A DNA stretch of 64,000 bases from NCBI GenBank assembly GCA_023213395.1, contig CM041465.1:145893741-145957740 (forward strand). The letters run 5' to 3'. Made by a program: the position numbers and the translations under genes. Every line of letters starts with the position of its first letter. The stretch's first letter is position 1. Under the pieces are notes generated by a model. It was not told the origin of the DNA and made no database searches. It was given only the letters and a program-made list of their open reading frames with translations. The stretch is from Cycas panzhihuaensis. Its lineage: Eukaryota; Plantae; Cycadophyta. Shown piece by piece: positions 51,653 through 64,000 of the stretch.

Positions 51653-54149
51653 TGGACTCGCGTCTACGGGATAGCTACCTAACAAAATAGGTAAGGTAAG
51701 AGCGGGTGATAATATGATCAAGAAAGATACCTATAAGTAGGGTAATTACCAAGCAGGGTGCCCCATGCGTCGTAGCGTGAGTTCGAGACCTGCAATGGAA
51801 TGTGGCTACCAAAAGGTGATCCTCCACCACTTCGAACAAGAGGTGAGGAGGCGTAGGGCTAGCCTGGGTTGACCTAAGGGAAGGATCCTCCCACCCTTGG
51901 ATGGCCAGAAGGGAAGGAGGGGAACCTTAAGGGGTTTCCCTAAAACAACAGGGGATGAAGAGGAACAGGCAAGTGGCTGGCCTATGGAAAGGGTCACTTT
52001 GGTTATCCGGCGAGGCGGGGAACCAAAGGGAAGCGAGAGGGATGATCCAAGAAGATGGACTAAGGTATGCCTAAGCAAGTTAACCGGGCACACGAGTAAT
52101 ATGGGGGGCAAGAAGCTTGCACGGCTAGGAAAAAGGGAGGAAAGGGTGAAAAGGAGTGGTTCCTATGACCTTTTCCTATGAGTGGTAGAGATGCATGCAA
52201 TAAAACAAATAAAGCGTGCACTGAAAGTAAAGTCAAGTTTTCCTTTTAATCTCCAATGAGTTAATTACTAAGAAGGAGCTCAAAAGGAAAGAGTAGTAGG
52301 GTGAGTGAGGCGTGCACCTGGACCGGGGGCGTGCGTGACGAGGGCCCTCCCGAGGGACACCAAACTACTCCACGAGGTGCGTCGAATGCGAAGCATCGCG
52401 GCGGATTGGAAGAGGGGCTCCCTTACCTTCCCCAGAAAAATACAAAATACAATGCCAAGGAAAGGAAGGAACTAAATACTAGTGACTAAAGAAGTATGAA
52501 AGTACAAAATGCGAGGAGCACTTACCGGCAACGGAACAAGCAGAAAATATTTTTTGCACCCTCTAAACACCTGCAAGCAACGGTGGCCTCCCCCTTTCCG
52601 GAGAAAGGGTACTGACATGCAATGACGAGATCCTAACAAAACATGTCTATATAATACAAATATGAACTCAAACACATATATGTTAGCACCAACACAATGA
52701 TGAAAGTATATGAGAGAGAACAACCGAAGCGAAAGGAAGGTAACCAGTAAGCCTCAGAGTGGCCCACCTCCCGCAAAGAACACCCTAACCTCCCCCCAAA
52801 AGCCACAAGGCAGTGAGGGCAAAGCCAAGGAAGATGGCTGGATAGCAACAAGGAGGTGAAGAAGAGCCAGAGAAGACCTACGGTGAACCAGGATGCTATG
52901 AAGAGCAAACGGGCCTGGCGGGAGAAGAGTTGGGCAAGGACAAACGATTGGGACTTATGTGAGTCACCTGGACCTAAGCCTAAGCCCTCAAACCAGTGCT
53001 GCAATGTGTGACAACGCTGATTTCAGCGGCTAAGAGAGGGCCAACAAACCCTTATTTGAGTGCCAAGGACAGCACGAGGCAAGAGGGAAGATTTGGAGGG
53101 CTTAAAGCCACTTGAGGAGCGTGGAAGGTGGTGCAGAATCCACCCAGCTCTCTCCCAAATCCTATGCCAACCGTCAGTACCGCTGCCTTAAGCAACAAAC
53201 GCAGGTAAGAGGCACTATAACATAGGCAGAACAACCCAAGGTAACGAGGAAAATAACCCTCACAAAGACAACAAAGAAACAAGCAAGATAGGGCATTAAT
53301 ATCACAAGAAAAACAACTCAAGCTAATGAAATACCTGGATGGAGGAGGAGAGGTGCTTGCCTCAGCTAAGGGCTGGTAAGGAGAGGCTGAGAAATCAGCC
53401 CAGAATTGTGGTGTAGTAGGCTTAGGGCCCTGCTAATGAAGTTGGAAGGAGAACACTTGTACTTAGAACACTTGAAGACTGCCCGGGGCAAGAATCTACT
53501 GAAATCTCTCCAAGGGGCCCTCTCCAAGGTGTGTGAGGGGCTGGGAAGATGTCCTAGCTACACTGAAGGAGAGTTGGGTGCTATAGGAGAGACACAGGTC
53601 TTGTGGTAGCAGCAGGGCAGCAGAGAAGAGCATAGCACATCGTTGTTTCCTTAAGGAGCAATCTAAAAGGTGAGCCAAAAGTTCTTGAAAATGAGTAGAT
53701 CATCCCTTAAGTACCCAACCCAAACCCTAAAGTGAGTGATTAGGGCGCAACTGGAAGAGAGTTAAGTTGTGAGACACGTGGCAGTTTCATAATAAATGCG
53801 AAATTGCCACGGCGGATTTTAAAAAACAAGTTAGAACAGTCGTACCGTCGCAAAATCTGCGGTACCGCGAAAATCTCAGCGGTACAAACCCAGAGATAAA
53901 AATAGGCCCGGCCAGCCAGCCTAGGCTATGGGCAAATGGCAAAAAGGGCCAATAGGGCAACTGAAACACCTACTCGAGGGTAAACAAGCCAACAAATGGG
54001 TCTAAAAGAGCAAAAATAGGGCTCAAAATGGTGTGGCAAGTCAACCAAATGATGACGGGTCATCACACGGGCGGAGGTGGCACAAGGCAAGTGGATCATG
54101 GAGCGAGGAGGGCAAATGCGGGAAGTGGAGTGGCCACCAGGGTGCCACA
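51653..54149 (-). repeat. Tat-like element 3' LTR (~2.5 kb; inner boundary inferred)
   Basis: The outer ~625 bp are verified against the 5' LTR. The inner end is inferred from the PPT-like AGCAGGGGCA at ~54163-54172 and a TG start at 54149. TATA-like TACTTAA at ~53707. Confidence 0.6.
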
Positions 54150-54751
54150 CTCGCTGGGAGTGTGCCCCTGCTATAGTCGTCATGGGCTAAAATAAGTGTA
54201 GACGAAGATAAAGTTGCCTACGAAGCCACACACGTGCAGACATGCAAGCAAACACTCATAAAAAGAAAGCAATGACAAGGTGAGAAACTTACCTGCACTT
54301 ACCTGAGTCGGTGATTCCGTATCCATTACCGGAAGCTGTGAAACACGCCTTGGCGTGAGCCTCACCGCTCGGAAGCCTGGTGTGATGGCGAATGCTGGCA
54401 ACACAACTGTCAGTAGCACATGTGTATATAGATATGTCAATCAAGATCATAACAGTAGGCAAGGGTGTTGGCGAGTGTCGTGGCGGGACGTGTGGATACG
54501 AAAGCGGCGGTGGAGACAACATAGGGGCTGCCTATGAGCCACCTGGGAACCGACTGGAAAAATGAGAAAGGTGAGGGGGCTGCCCCCACCACAAAAGATG
54601 CAGAAGAGCATGCATAATCAAGTAAAGAGTAAGCAAAGGGTAGGCACCATAGTTTTACCTCATTAGCAGCCAGGTTTCAGAGGTGCGAACGGGTCACAAA
54701 GTAAAGTGTAAGACGACCTGGGGCTTGGGTGACAGGAAGGTCAGACAAGCC

Positions 54752-55169
54752 TCAGGGACGGTCAGCAAGGAGGGGGAGGCGCCGCTCAAGGATGAGGCAA
54801 ACGAGACTATCTGCCTCAGCATTGAGGGCCCGAGGGATATGCTGGATATTGACGGAAGAGAAGCAGGCCATGAGAGATTTGGCAGCAGAAGCAAGAGTCC
54901 ACAAGTGAGGGCACCTCACCTAGTAAACCTGGGTGAGATGGGACACTACAACTTGAGACTCGCAAAGCAAGATGATGGATCTACGATAGAAACAAAGAGC
55001 ATCAGTAAGGGCTTCAATAATGGCTGTATACTCAACTTTGTTATTAGTAGCCTCTGGGAGGAAGGTCCCAGAGTGGAGGAGATCATGTCCAGAAGGGCTG
55101 CGGAGAATCCATGCAATGAGGAAGGTCGGGTTCTGGCTTGGCCAGGTCGGTAAAGATGTAGATGGACAT
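54752..55169 (-). pseudogene. archaeal-type RNase H (aRH, RVT_3-like) as a separate ORF 3' of integrase
   Basis: MSIYIFTD / frameshift / ..AWILRSPSG..ATNNKVEYTAIIEAL..CESQVVVSHL..Y* ..VNIQHIPRALNAEADSL..*; one frameshift (~55146) and one stop (54920). Confidence 0.88.
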
Positions 55170-55956
55170 GGGTGACACAAAATCCTGACAGTCAATAAAT
55201 AGCAAGAGTAATACTTGGAAGGCAAGCAAAAGGTGGCCATGAAGGGTAGGAGGACCCAGCAATGAGGTTACCCAGGGCGAGAGTAAGTAGTCCGATCACC
55301 GGCGTAGAGTGGTCGGAAGAAAAAGCCTCTTGGGGCGCCAAAAGGTCACTTCAGAAAGCAAAACATGCCCCCAGGCAGGGGAGCATTTCCTTTTGGGACC
55401 CCAAAAGCGAGAAAGAACTGCAGAAACGAGTCCAGGGTGACGAAACGAGCCAAACGAGTATAAACTCGGGCATGCACGGGAGTGGCACGCAAAATGAGAC
55501 AGACAAGCCCAGAAAAAAGGATGAAAAAATGAGGCACCATAAATGCGCCTGCGGGAAAGCGCCAAAAGGGTGTCGAGAGAGCACAACGGGCAGAGAATGA
55601 TCGTATCCATGCCCGATACAATCAGCTGGTGGCGCAGATGGTGTCAAGGTCGAGCCGGAGCAGGACGCATACCCACACGGCGGCGACGACCCTGAGACGA
55701 CTGCGAGACGAGGAGAGCGAGGCAGGCAGCTCGCAGAGGCCCAGGAGGAGCCTCAGAGGCATGTGGTCCCTAGGAGAGGGATCACATAGACCGGGAGATG
55801 GTACCCCAGGAGCGGGGTAGCAGTAGAGTAGGATATGTGCATATGATTTAGACAGGGGAAAGCACGGGCCTCCAGGGGGTCATATATAGGATCATATGAT
55901 TGTACCCCTCTGCAAGGACACCGGCTTCCTAGATGTATGCTGTGACATGTTGTTTT

Positions 55957-56084
<128 letters not shown>

Positions 56085-56600
56085 GGTAATTGGAACCCCA
56101 TTTGGATATGAGATGCTGTGTATGATGTATCATGTGTGGATGACATGTATGTTTATTTTGTATGTTGTAAATGTTATGCTGTGGATATTTTATGTTATGA
56201 ATATTTTATTGTATGATGCACACGTTCCCTTCCATGTATGGCTATATGTCTAACAGGAGCACACACACACGTCATGAGTGGAGACAACAGAGAGATGTGA
56301 GGTTAGAGGATAGAGCGGCATACACGTCTACGGAAGAGTATAGCGGAATATGTGAAGGAAACGGCAGACAGGAAAGAGGAGCGACGATGCTCCAAAGCGT
56401 CTTCCTGATTGGGGAATACCTAAGCAGGATGACAAAAGTTCCCGAGAGGGTACGGGAATGTGGGTTCCGCGGAAGGAACCGGAAAGAAGAAGGAGGATCC
56501 ACGTTAAATTGCCATTCTACCCGTGGTTGGGAAGAATGGGGACAAACTAAGATGGTAGTTTAGGCTCATTTCAGAGTAGGGCGACGAAATCGCCAAAAGA

Positions 56601-59600
56601 TCATGCATAAAACTTCTTAAGGAATTTCCCATTAACAACTTTCTCGAATTCAAGCCCTTCTAGGGTGGCTATCCTATAGGTACCATTATCGAGGGATTCG
56701 ATAATGATGAAGGGACCAACCCATCGGGGTTTGAATTTGGTCAAGCGGTCATGGAGATACTCGAGCTTGAGGACGTGGTCCCCAGGAAACAAAGGGCGGG
56801 AACGAAGGTGTTTATCGTAGGCCCTTCGTGAGCGGGCTTTGGATGCCAGGTTAGCCTGATAAGCGGCTAAGCGTCTCTCATCTAAAGCTTCAAGGTCCAG
56901 CAGGTGGGCCTGACGGATTGACTCTTCGTCGATGAAACCTCGAAGGGAGACTCGTAAGGAAGGAATCTCCACCTCCAGTGGGAGTATCACCTCGGTACCA
57001 TAGACCAGGGAGAACGGGGTTATTCCCGTGGCAGAACGGATAGAGGTGCGGTAAGCCCACAAGGTGGAGGGCAACTAAAGGTGCCAATCCTTTTGGGATT
57101 GAGCAACGGTTTTCTTGAGAATGTTGATGAGAGTCTTATTGAAAGACTCCACTTGGCCATTTGCCTAAGGGTAGTAAGGGGAGGAAGTCTTGTGAGAAAT
57201 TTTGAACTTCTCACAAAGCTCGTCCATCTCCTTATTATAGAAAGGAGTTCCACTGTCAGTGATTAGGACGTCCGGGATTCCAAAACGGCAAATGATGTGC
57301 TGGTAAATGAATAGAGTGATCATTTTACCAGGGGTAGTGATCAAGGGGATGGCCTCCGCCCATTTGGTAAAATACTCCGTGGCAGTCAAGATAAACTTGT
57401 GCAGCGGTGATGAAGGTGGGGAGATAGCCCTAATAAGGTCTAGTCCCTACTGAGCAAAAGGCCATGGTGACACAATAGGATGCAGGGCCTTGGAAAGCAC
57501 ATGGGAAATGTTGGCATGTTCCTGACATCGTCGACATTTCAGAGCAAAGGCGTGAGCATCCTTGAAGAGGGACGGCTAGAAATAACCCATGCGAAGGATC
57601 CTCTGAGCCATGTGATCGCCCCCAAAGTGACCTCCATAAATCTTTGTGGTGCCATTCGAAGCACACGTCACTTCACAAGAGGTGATGCAGCGGAGGAGGA
57701 TCCCATCGAAGGACCTCTTATACAATACCTCATCTACGAGGAGGTATTGTCAGGCAGAAGTCTGGATACGAGATCTAACTTTGCTACTGGCGTCGGGGCA
57801 GTATCGTTGCTGTGTAAGATACCGCACTATGTCACCATACCACTCATCGTCGACGAGTGGATGGGGAGGGGCTCCCTGAATCGTCAGGATAGACTCATCG
57901 GGGAGAGAGTCGTCAACGGGGGCACCAAAGGAGTTAGGGATAGGGGCGTCCGTGAGTTGCTTGGCCACTATCATTCCCTTCTTTGATTTCTGGTTAACGA
58001 TATGGAGGTCAAATTCTTGAAGTAAGGCTACCAACGAAGCCCTACCCGTCAAATCTGAACGAGTTAGCAAGTATCGCAAGGGGTCGGATTGAACGATCAC
58101 CTTGGTGGTATTGCCGAGCAAGTAGTGTTTGAACTTCTTGGTTGCATGGACCAAGGAGAGGCACTCCTTCTCGGCGGGGGAATAGTTAAGCTCAGCAGCC
58201 ATGAGGGTGTGACTGATGAAATATATAGCTCTCTCGGTTCCTGAGTCATCCTCCTGAGCTAACATAGCGCCCAAGGATTCATCAGTCGCCGAGGTGTATA
58301 GGACGAAGGGCCTATCGAATCGAGGAGGTACCAACGTAGGAGCGGAAGCTAGGGCTTCCTTAAGTCCTTCGAAGGCCTTTTGGATCTTGTCGGACTAGGC
58401 AAAAGGAGCTCCCTTCTTCAATAGGTTCGTGAGGGGTTTGGCGCTCACAGCAAAGTCGGCTAGGAAGCGCCTAAGAAAACCAAGCCTTCCTAGAAACGAC
58501 TTAATCTGTCGTTGAGTTCTAGGCGGTGGCATGTCGAGGATTGCTCTGACTTTGTCAGGGTCAATCTGAATTCCTTGTTTGGACACAAGGAACCCAAGGA
58601 GTTTACCCGAGGTAATGGCAAACACACACTTAAGTGGATTTAGACTGACGTGATACTTGCAGCATCGTGAGAAGATAGCACGCAAGTCAGATGGGTGATG
58701 GGCCCTGACACGGGAGAGACCCATCATGTCATCCATGAAGACCTCCAATGTGTTGTCAATGAGGTCGTGGAAAATGAAATGCATAGCTCTTTGGTAAGTA
58801 GCACCTACATTCTTAAGGCCAAAGGGCATCACCTTGTAGGCGAAGGTACCCCAAGTAGTAGTGAAGGCCGTCTTATGGTGGTCTTTGGGAGAAATCTGAA
58901 TCTGGTTATAGCCGGAAAAGCCGTCCATTAGGGACATAACTTCAAATCTGGCGGTGTGATCAATAATTTGATCGAGGAAGGGTAACGGGAAATTGTCCTT
59001 GGGACAAGCATTATTGATGTTGCAAAAATCGACACATATATGGATTGCCCTGTTCTTTTTAGCAATGGGGACAATGTTGGAGACCCACTTAGGGTAGTTG
59101 ATGGAAGTAATAAGCCCAGCATCCAGAAGCTTCTCAACCTCCATCTTGACAGCGGCTAAGAGCTTCGGGTGAAGGGGACGCTACTTCTGGTGCACAGGGC
59201 GAGTGCCAGGAATGGTGGTGAGATTATGAGTGACAATGGAGGGGTCGATTCCCTTCATGTCGGCATAATCCCATGCGAACACGTCTCAGAACTCCTAGAA
59301 CAAAAGGGAGTACTCCCTTATCTCATCAGGGGAACATTCCAACTCGACCTTAATGACCTTGCCTGGGGCCAAGACTATGTCTTGGGTTGCCCCCATGCAC
59401 ATGGCGTTGCCCTCCTCGAAGTGGAGAGGGGCAAGGTCAATAGGAGGAGGAGGAATAGGAGACGGGATCAGATCGACAAGTGTGGATCCGATCGCGAGGA
59501 TCTTCTGGTGGCTAAGCCTGTGGTGACTAGAAGGCAAGTTGGGCGCAAAACTCGCCAGATGCTCAAGCAGGGCTTCGTCATCCTCGAAGTAATCTACCCC

Positions 59601-62600
59601 ATGGATGACCTTACTCCGAGTAGAGGAAGCGCTAGAGGGAGTAAGAGCAACAGGACCGTGATGGTCGTCGGGTTGCTCCACTTCCTCACAGGATTCAGAA
59701 GGAAAGCTAAGAAGAGGCTCCTCGGAAGGAGCGAAAGGCAATTCTTCGAAGCCATTACCTATGGGGAGTAATGAAGAAGAAGAACTGACGATGGGCGGGT
59801 CAACACGAGCGATGACGTGTGACACGCAGGAGTAGTTGGTCTCGCAAATGAGAGTGATTCTAGACCGGGATCTAGAACGAGACAGGTGCGATCTACTGGT
59901 GCGGAGGAAAGAAACGGGGTGAAGACAACCCTCGTCTTCATCGTGTGACTCGTCATCACTAAACGAAGCAAGGTACCCGTAACTCCCAACACCAATAGGG
60001 GCAAACCGCGTGAGACTAGGGGAAGAAGATGCGGGATCTTCTTCGGATGAGTTAGGTATACCAATAGAGCAAGCCGAGGCATGCGTGGAAGGACCTGGGT
60101 TTGCCGAACTGGCAGAACGCATTTGTTTAGTGAATAGGCGTTCGCAAGGAATCACTCTCATCCGTCCATCATGGACGAATTTAAGTTGTCCCTAAAGAGT
60201 CGAACACACAGCTCCCATTTAGTCAAACCATGGACGACCTAGAAGAAGGTTGTAGTCAACATCAACGTCGAGGACTACAACGTCGGCAAGAACAGTCTTG
60301 CCCTCAAGGGTGAGCAGAATCACGACAGATCCCAAAGGGGTCTTCTCGCTACCGTCATAACCTTCGCATCGCCATGGAACAGGTTCCAAGGCGGAGATAC
60401 CAAGCTCTTGCATGATGCGCAAGGGCATGGTATTGACAGAAGAACCGTTGTCTACAACAGTTCTTCGGAGAGTACAATCGGGTGTATCGATGGTGATAGT
60501 GAACGGGAAGTTCCACTGACGTTCCCTTTCACTGGCGGGAGGGAGATCCTTAGGATTGAATGAGATAATGGGTCCATAGCTTTGGGTGATGCCCAAAGCG
60601 TGGACATGCGCATCATTCGATCCTAAAGCTTCCAGGAGGAGGGCCCGCTGCTCGGGACAACTCCTCAAAACGTCCATCAAGGACATTCCTGTGGCAACAG
60701 TATGAAGCTCGTCCACGATGGAGAAGGGCTTACCCTTTGCAGTAGGCTGGGTAAGTGCCCTTCGGAAATCGTAATGACCTGGGCATACAAGAATAGCCTT
60801 GGGGAAGAGAGGTATTTCCGGAGGAAGGTTCTCCAGAAGAGGGTCGAAAGGAGCGGAAGAACAAGAAGCTCCTGCTGCTTCCTTGGTGGCTTGAGATTGC
60901 ATAAGGGCGTAGGAAATAGTCGCTTCAAGCAACTGGATCACCTTCTTCCCCTTGTTTTGGGGTCGCGAAGGTGACGGGGTGTGACGGCTAGGAGAATGAG
61001 AGGAAGAAGATGAGTTCCGGGCACCCTTCCCTTTGTCGCGGGAAGGATGGGGATCAAGCGATCTTCCTCAGTTCCGGTTATTCTTGGTTTGGGTGTTGCG
61101 ATCACGTTCCCCATGTTTAGAGAATGGATTATTGTGAACTGGTTGGTCCAAATTAGGCCTTGAGGCCCATTTGGGGGAAGAGTCGCGTTGAGGGGCATCC
61201 TTAGGATGCTGGGCCCTACAACGCAAATCATCGTGAAAGCACTCCCCATGAATGGAGCACCACTTCTTCTCAAGCGGAGGGTCTGACCTTCTCGCTTGGG
61301 AGGACTGGGCGTTTCCATTCCTAGGGAGAGGAGCTTGGGTCGTTTGTTGGACTTGTTTATTGGATGTAGGGGATGAAGGAGCTTGAAGCTTGAGTTCCTT
61401 CATCGTATGCTCGAACGAGCATATGGCTGATGTGAGAGGGTCTAAAGTCCTCTCAGTCGGATGAGAGGAAGACCGGGTAGGTTGTGAAGGTATGGTATCC
61501 TTGGTTAGGGGTGGTACCTCACGGCGCTGTGAGGGCTTAAGAGGTTTCCTGAGACAAGCTTGGATCTCAATAGCCTCCAACGCCAAACACTTGGCAATCG
61601 CGGAGTCGCATGTGGTCGCCCCCATCTTGAGGACTTCCACATGCACTTCGGGACGAAGTGCATTGACGAAAAGGTCTCGCTTCAACTCCTCGGGCAATGG
61701 TGCCTTAGTGGAGTGAAGCAAGTCGTGGAATCGCCGCACAAAGTCACGATGGACGAGCTACATCAAAATAGTTGATGAACTCATCCACCAATTGCTGGAA
61801 TGAATGGATAGAATGGGCGGGGAGATGGTAGAACCACTTGAGGGCGTCACCCTGCAAGGATCACGGGAATAACTTCATTAAAATGTGGTCGTAAGCCTAG
61901 TAATCGATGCATGCTATAGAAAAACTACGCACATGCTCCACTGGGTCTTGCGACGAAGTTCCGTCGAATTTAGGGACTTCAGGGGGATGAGGCAGCAAAT
62001 TGGTCCTTAACGCCTCGATGGAAAGAGGTGTTGACCTAAAGTCCATGAAGGGGCATGCCCTTGCTTGGACCATAAGATCAACAAATGTCGTAGTAGGTAA
62101 TGAACAAGGAGCGGATGGGGGTGGGACACCCATCCCTCCTTGAGGAAATGCCCCCTGCTGAGAAGAGGCTTAGGGGTAGGTGCCTTGGAAGGGAGTCGGG
62201 TTCCCTTGCGGAGGCACAACAAATGGAATTGCATTGGACAATGGACAAGATGGATGTGGATCTGGGTTTTGCCCATATGGGCCACCCGTAGGTGGAGCGA
62301 CCCCATATGGGTGTAGCGGATCCACCCCATAAACCGGGAGACGACTTCCTCTACCCTGCCCCCAAGGTTGAGAAGTATACCTTGGGGGAACATAGAAGGA
62401 AGCGCCAACGTGTTGGTTTTGAGAATGCATGGGAGCAAGTCCCACATGACTAGTAGTCGAAAGGCTAGTAGGACTGACAGGCCTACTAGGAACGATATGC
62501 GCCACATTAGGGGATGGCACATTGGTTTGGTTAGGGACGGGTATGCTAACCTTTAATTGAGAGAAAGACATACCATGGGGAGATCCCGAAACATTAGGAC

Positions 62601-63213
62601 CTAGATGAGAAACGGAAGGCGCAACACGTACCCCCACTGTGGGAATAGGAAAGGAGCGGGACACATGCGTAGGCACAAAGGGATTTATTGTCAAAGGAAG
62701 AGTAGATGAGGATGAGGCATGCGGGGGAGGAGCGGAAGAGGAAGAGGCTCCTCCACGGAGGGCACCCTCAAGCCATCCAGGACATGGTTGCAAGCGTGCC
62801 GCATGGCGACACTCATTGAGAGCTTCAACTACGTCAACAGGAGGGGTTCTTACATACTCATAAGAGGTAATTGGGACCTCGAACAAGGTAGGTTCCTTGG
62901 GATGCTCCTCATAAGAGTCACCAATCACGTGACAAGTCTCAAGAGGAGCGGATCCTTCTCCAGCATAGGTAGAGGGATGGACGTCGAGTGAGGGATGTTG
63001 GTCACTCGGGTAATAAAGGGGGTCATCACCCTCTTGGGTGGACTTGGGAATAGAGGAAGGAAAAACATGGGTTTCCAAGGTTGAGGTGTGGTAGGCCCAA
63101 TCAGAAGAGTACCCCTCCATAGTCAGATCAGAATCTGACAAAGGAAGAGGGCGGTACTCAGGGTCTTTTAACAATGGAGGTAGGCCGTGCAAGCGATGAG
63201 AGAAGCGTCGCAT
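56601..63213 (-). pseudogene. Tat-like gag-pol (few disruptions)
   Basis: VPKFDGTSSQDPVEHV (gag), WCSIHGECFHDDLRC, VVDNGSSVN…YNLLLGRPW (PR), MDGFSGYNQI and VFMDDM (RT), LYTSATD and NYSPAEKECL (RH), EYFTKWAEA and WVGPF…VNGKFLKKFYA (IN). No aRH between RH and IN. Confidence 0.95.
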
Positions 63214-63368
63214 GTAAGGTCAACCAACAATGTTAGGGAAAAGTAGAGGGCGGTAAAAGCACACGCGTTGGGGGCTGCCCAACGAAGAGATTGAAATAGG
63301 CGAAGAAGGATCATAAAAGGGTAGCGAAACCAACAGAAGAGAGCATAAACTAGCTCCCTTACTGGCAG

Positions 63369-63386
63369 TCCCCAGTATGGTCACCA
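63369..63386 (-). promoter_or_regulatory. primer binding site (tRNA-Arg type typical of Tat/Ogre)
   Basis: Element-sense TGGTGACCATACTGGGGA, one base after the LTR end CCA. Confidence 0.85.
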
Positions 63387-63387
63387 G

Positions 63388-64000
63388 TGGACGCGCGTCT
63401 ACGGGATAGCTACCTAACAAAATGAGTAAGGTAAGAGCGGGTGACAATATGATCAAGAAAGATACCTATAAGTAGGGTAATTACCACGCAGGACGCCCCG
63501 TGCGCCGGAGCGCGAGTTCGGGACCTGTAATGGAATGTGGCTACCAAAAGGTGATCCTCCACCACTTCGAACAAGAGGTGAGGAGGCGTAGGGCTAGCCT
63601 GGGTTGACCTAAGAGAAGGATCCTCCCACCCTTGGATGGCCAGAAGGGAAGGAGGGGAACCTTCAAGGGTTTCCCTAAAATAACAAGGGACGAAGAGGAA
63701 TAGGCAAGCGGCTAGCCTATCGAAAGGGTCACTTTGGTTATCCGGCGAGGCGGGAAACCAAAGGGAAGTAAGAGGGATGATCCAAGAAGATGGACTAAGG
63801 TACGCCTAAGCAAGTTAACCGGGCACACGAGTAATATGGGAGGCAAGAAGCTTGCATGGCTAGGAAAAAGGGAGGAAAGGGTGAAAAGGAGTGGTTCCTA
63901 TGAGTGGTAGAGACGCATGCAATAAAACAAATAAAGCGTGCACTGAAAGCAAAGTTAAGTTTTCCTTTTAATCTCCAATGAGTTAATTACTAAGAAGGAG
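63388..64000 (-). repeat. Tat-like element 5' LTR (partial)
   Basis: Direct repeat of 51653-52278. Confidence 0.95.

Noticed and set aside
51806-54522. Short ORFs inside the Tat LTR/3' region as host genes
   Set aside because: They lie in LTR or UTR sequence, occur on both strands as expected for GC-rich DNA, and show no recognisable domain.
57081-62991. Numerous plus-strand ORFs (e.g. 59169-59771, 57480-57986)
   Set aside because: Antisense shadows of the GC-rich gag-pol with no recognisable motifs.

Overview
A 64 kb block of eukaryotic, most likely non-angiosperm land-plant, heterochromatin-type DNA made almost entirely of nested and decayed transposable elements. I found no host gene, RNA gene or CRISPR array. 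Reading left to right: a chromovirus integrase tail split by a full-length Ty1/copia (70-5279, TSD AAACT/GAACT), then a hAT transposase relic. Next is a minus-strand chromovirus (7470-~32820) carrying a second copia (9954-30328, TSD AATAT/AATAC). That copia holds a gag+protease-only element and an ~11.8 kb block with no LTR ends (truncated copia, non-chromovirus gypsy, chromovirus and TRIM fragment). Further right are an LTR split by a 5'-truncated L1 with a 13-bp TSD, a CRM-like tail, and a gypsy with a 28/29-bp tandem array in its putative LTR. That gypsy also has two extra capsid-like domains between protease and RT. The window ends with a chromovirus tail, a Tork/Tnt1-like copia, and a much younger GC-rich Tat-like gypsy (51653->64000). 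Most notable: (i) the Tat element carries its archaeal-type RNase H as a separate ORF 1.4 kb downstream of integrase, flanked by splice-site consensus, as if it were a spliced accessory gene; (ii) the Gag-PR-(capsid-like)x2-RT architecture; (iii) an uncharacterised 3' accessory ORF shared by two gypsy copies; (iv) pervasive C>T/G>A decay including non-CpG contexts. All coordinates and translations were done by eye, and lineage names rest on motif recognition rather than database searches.
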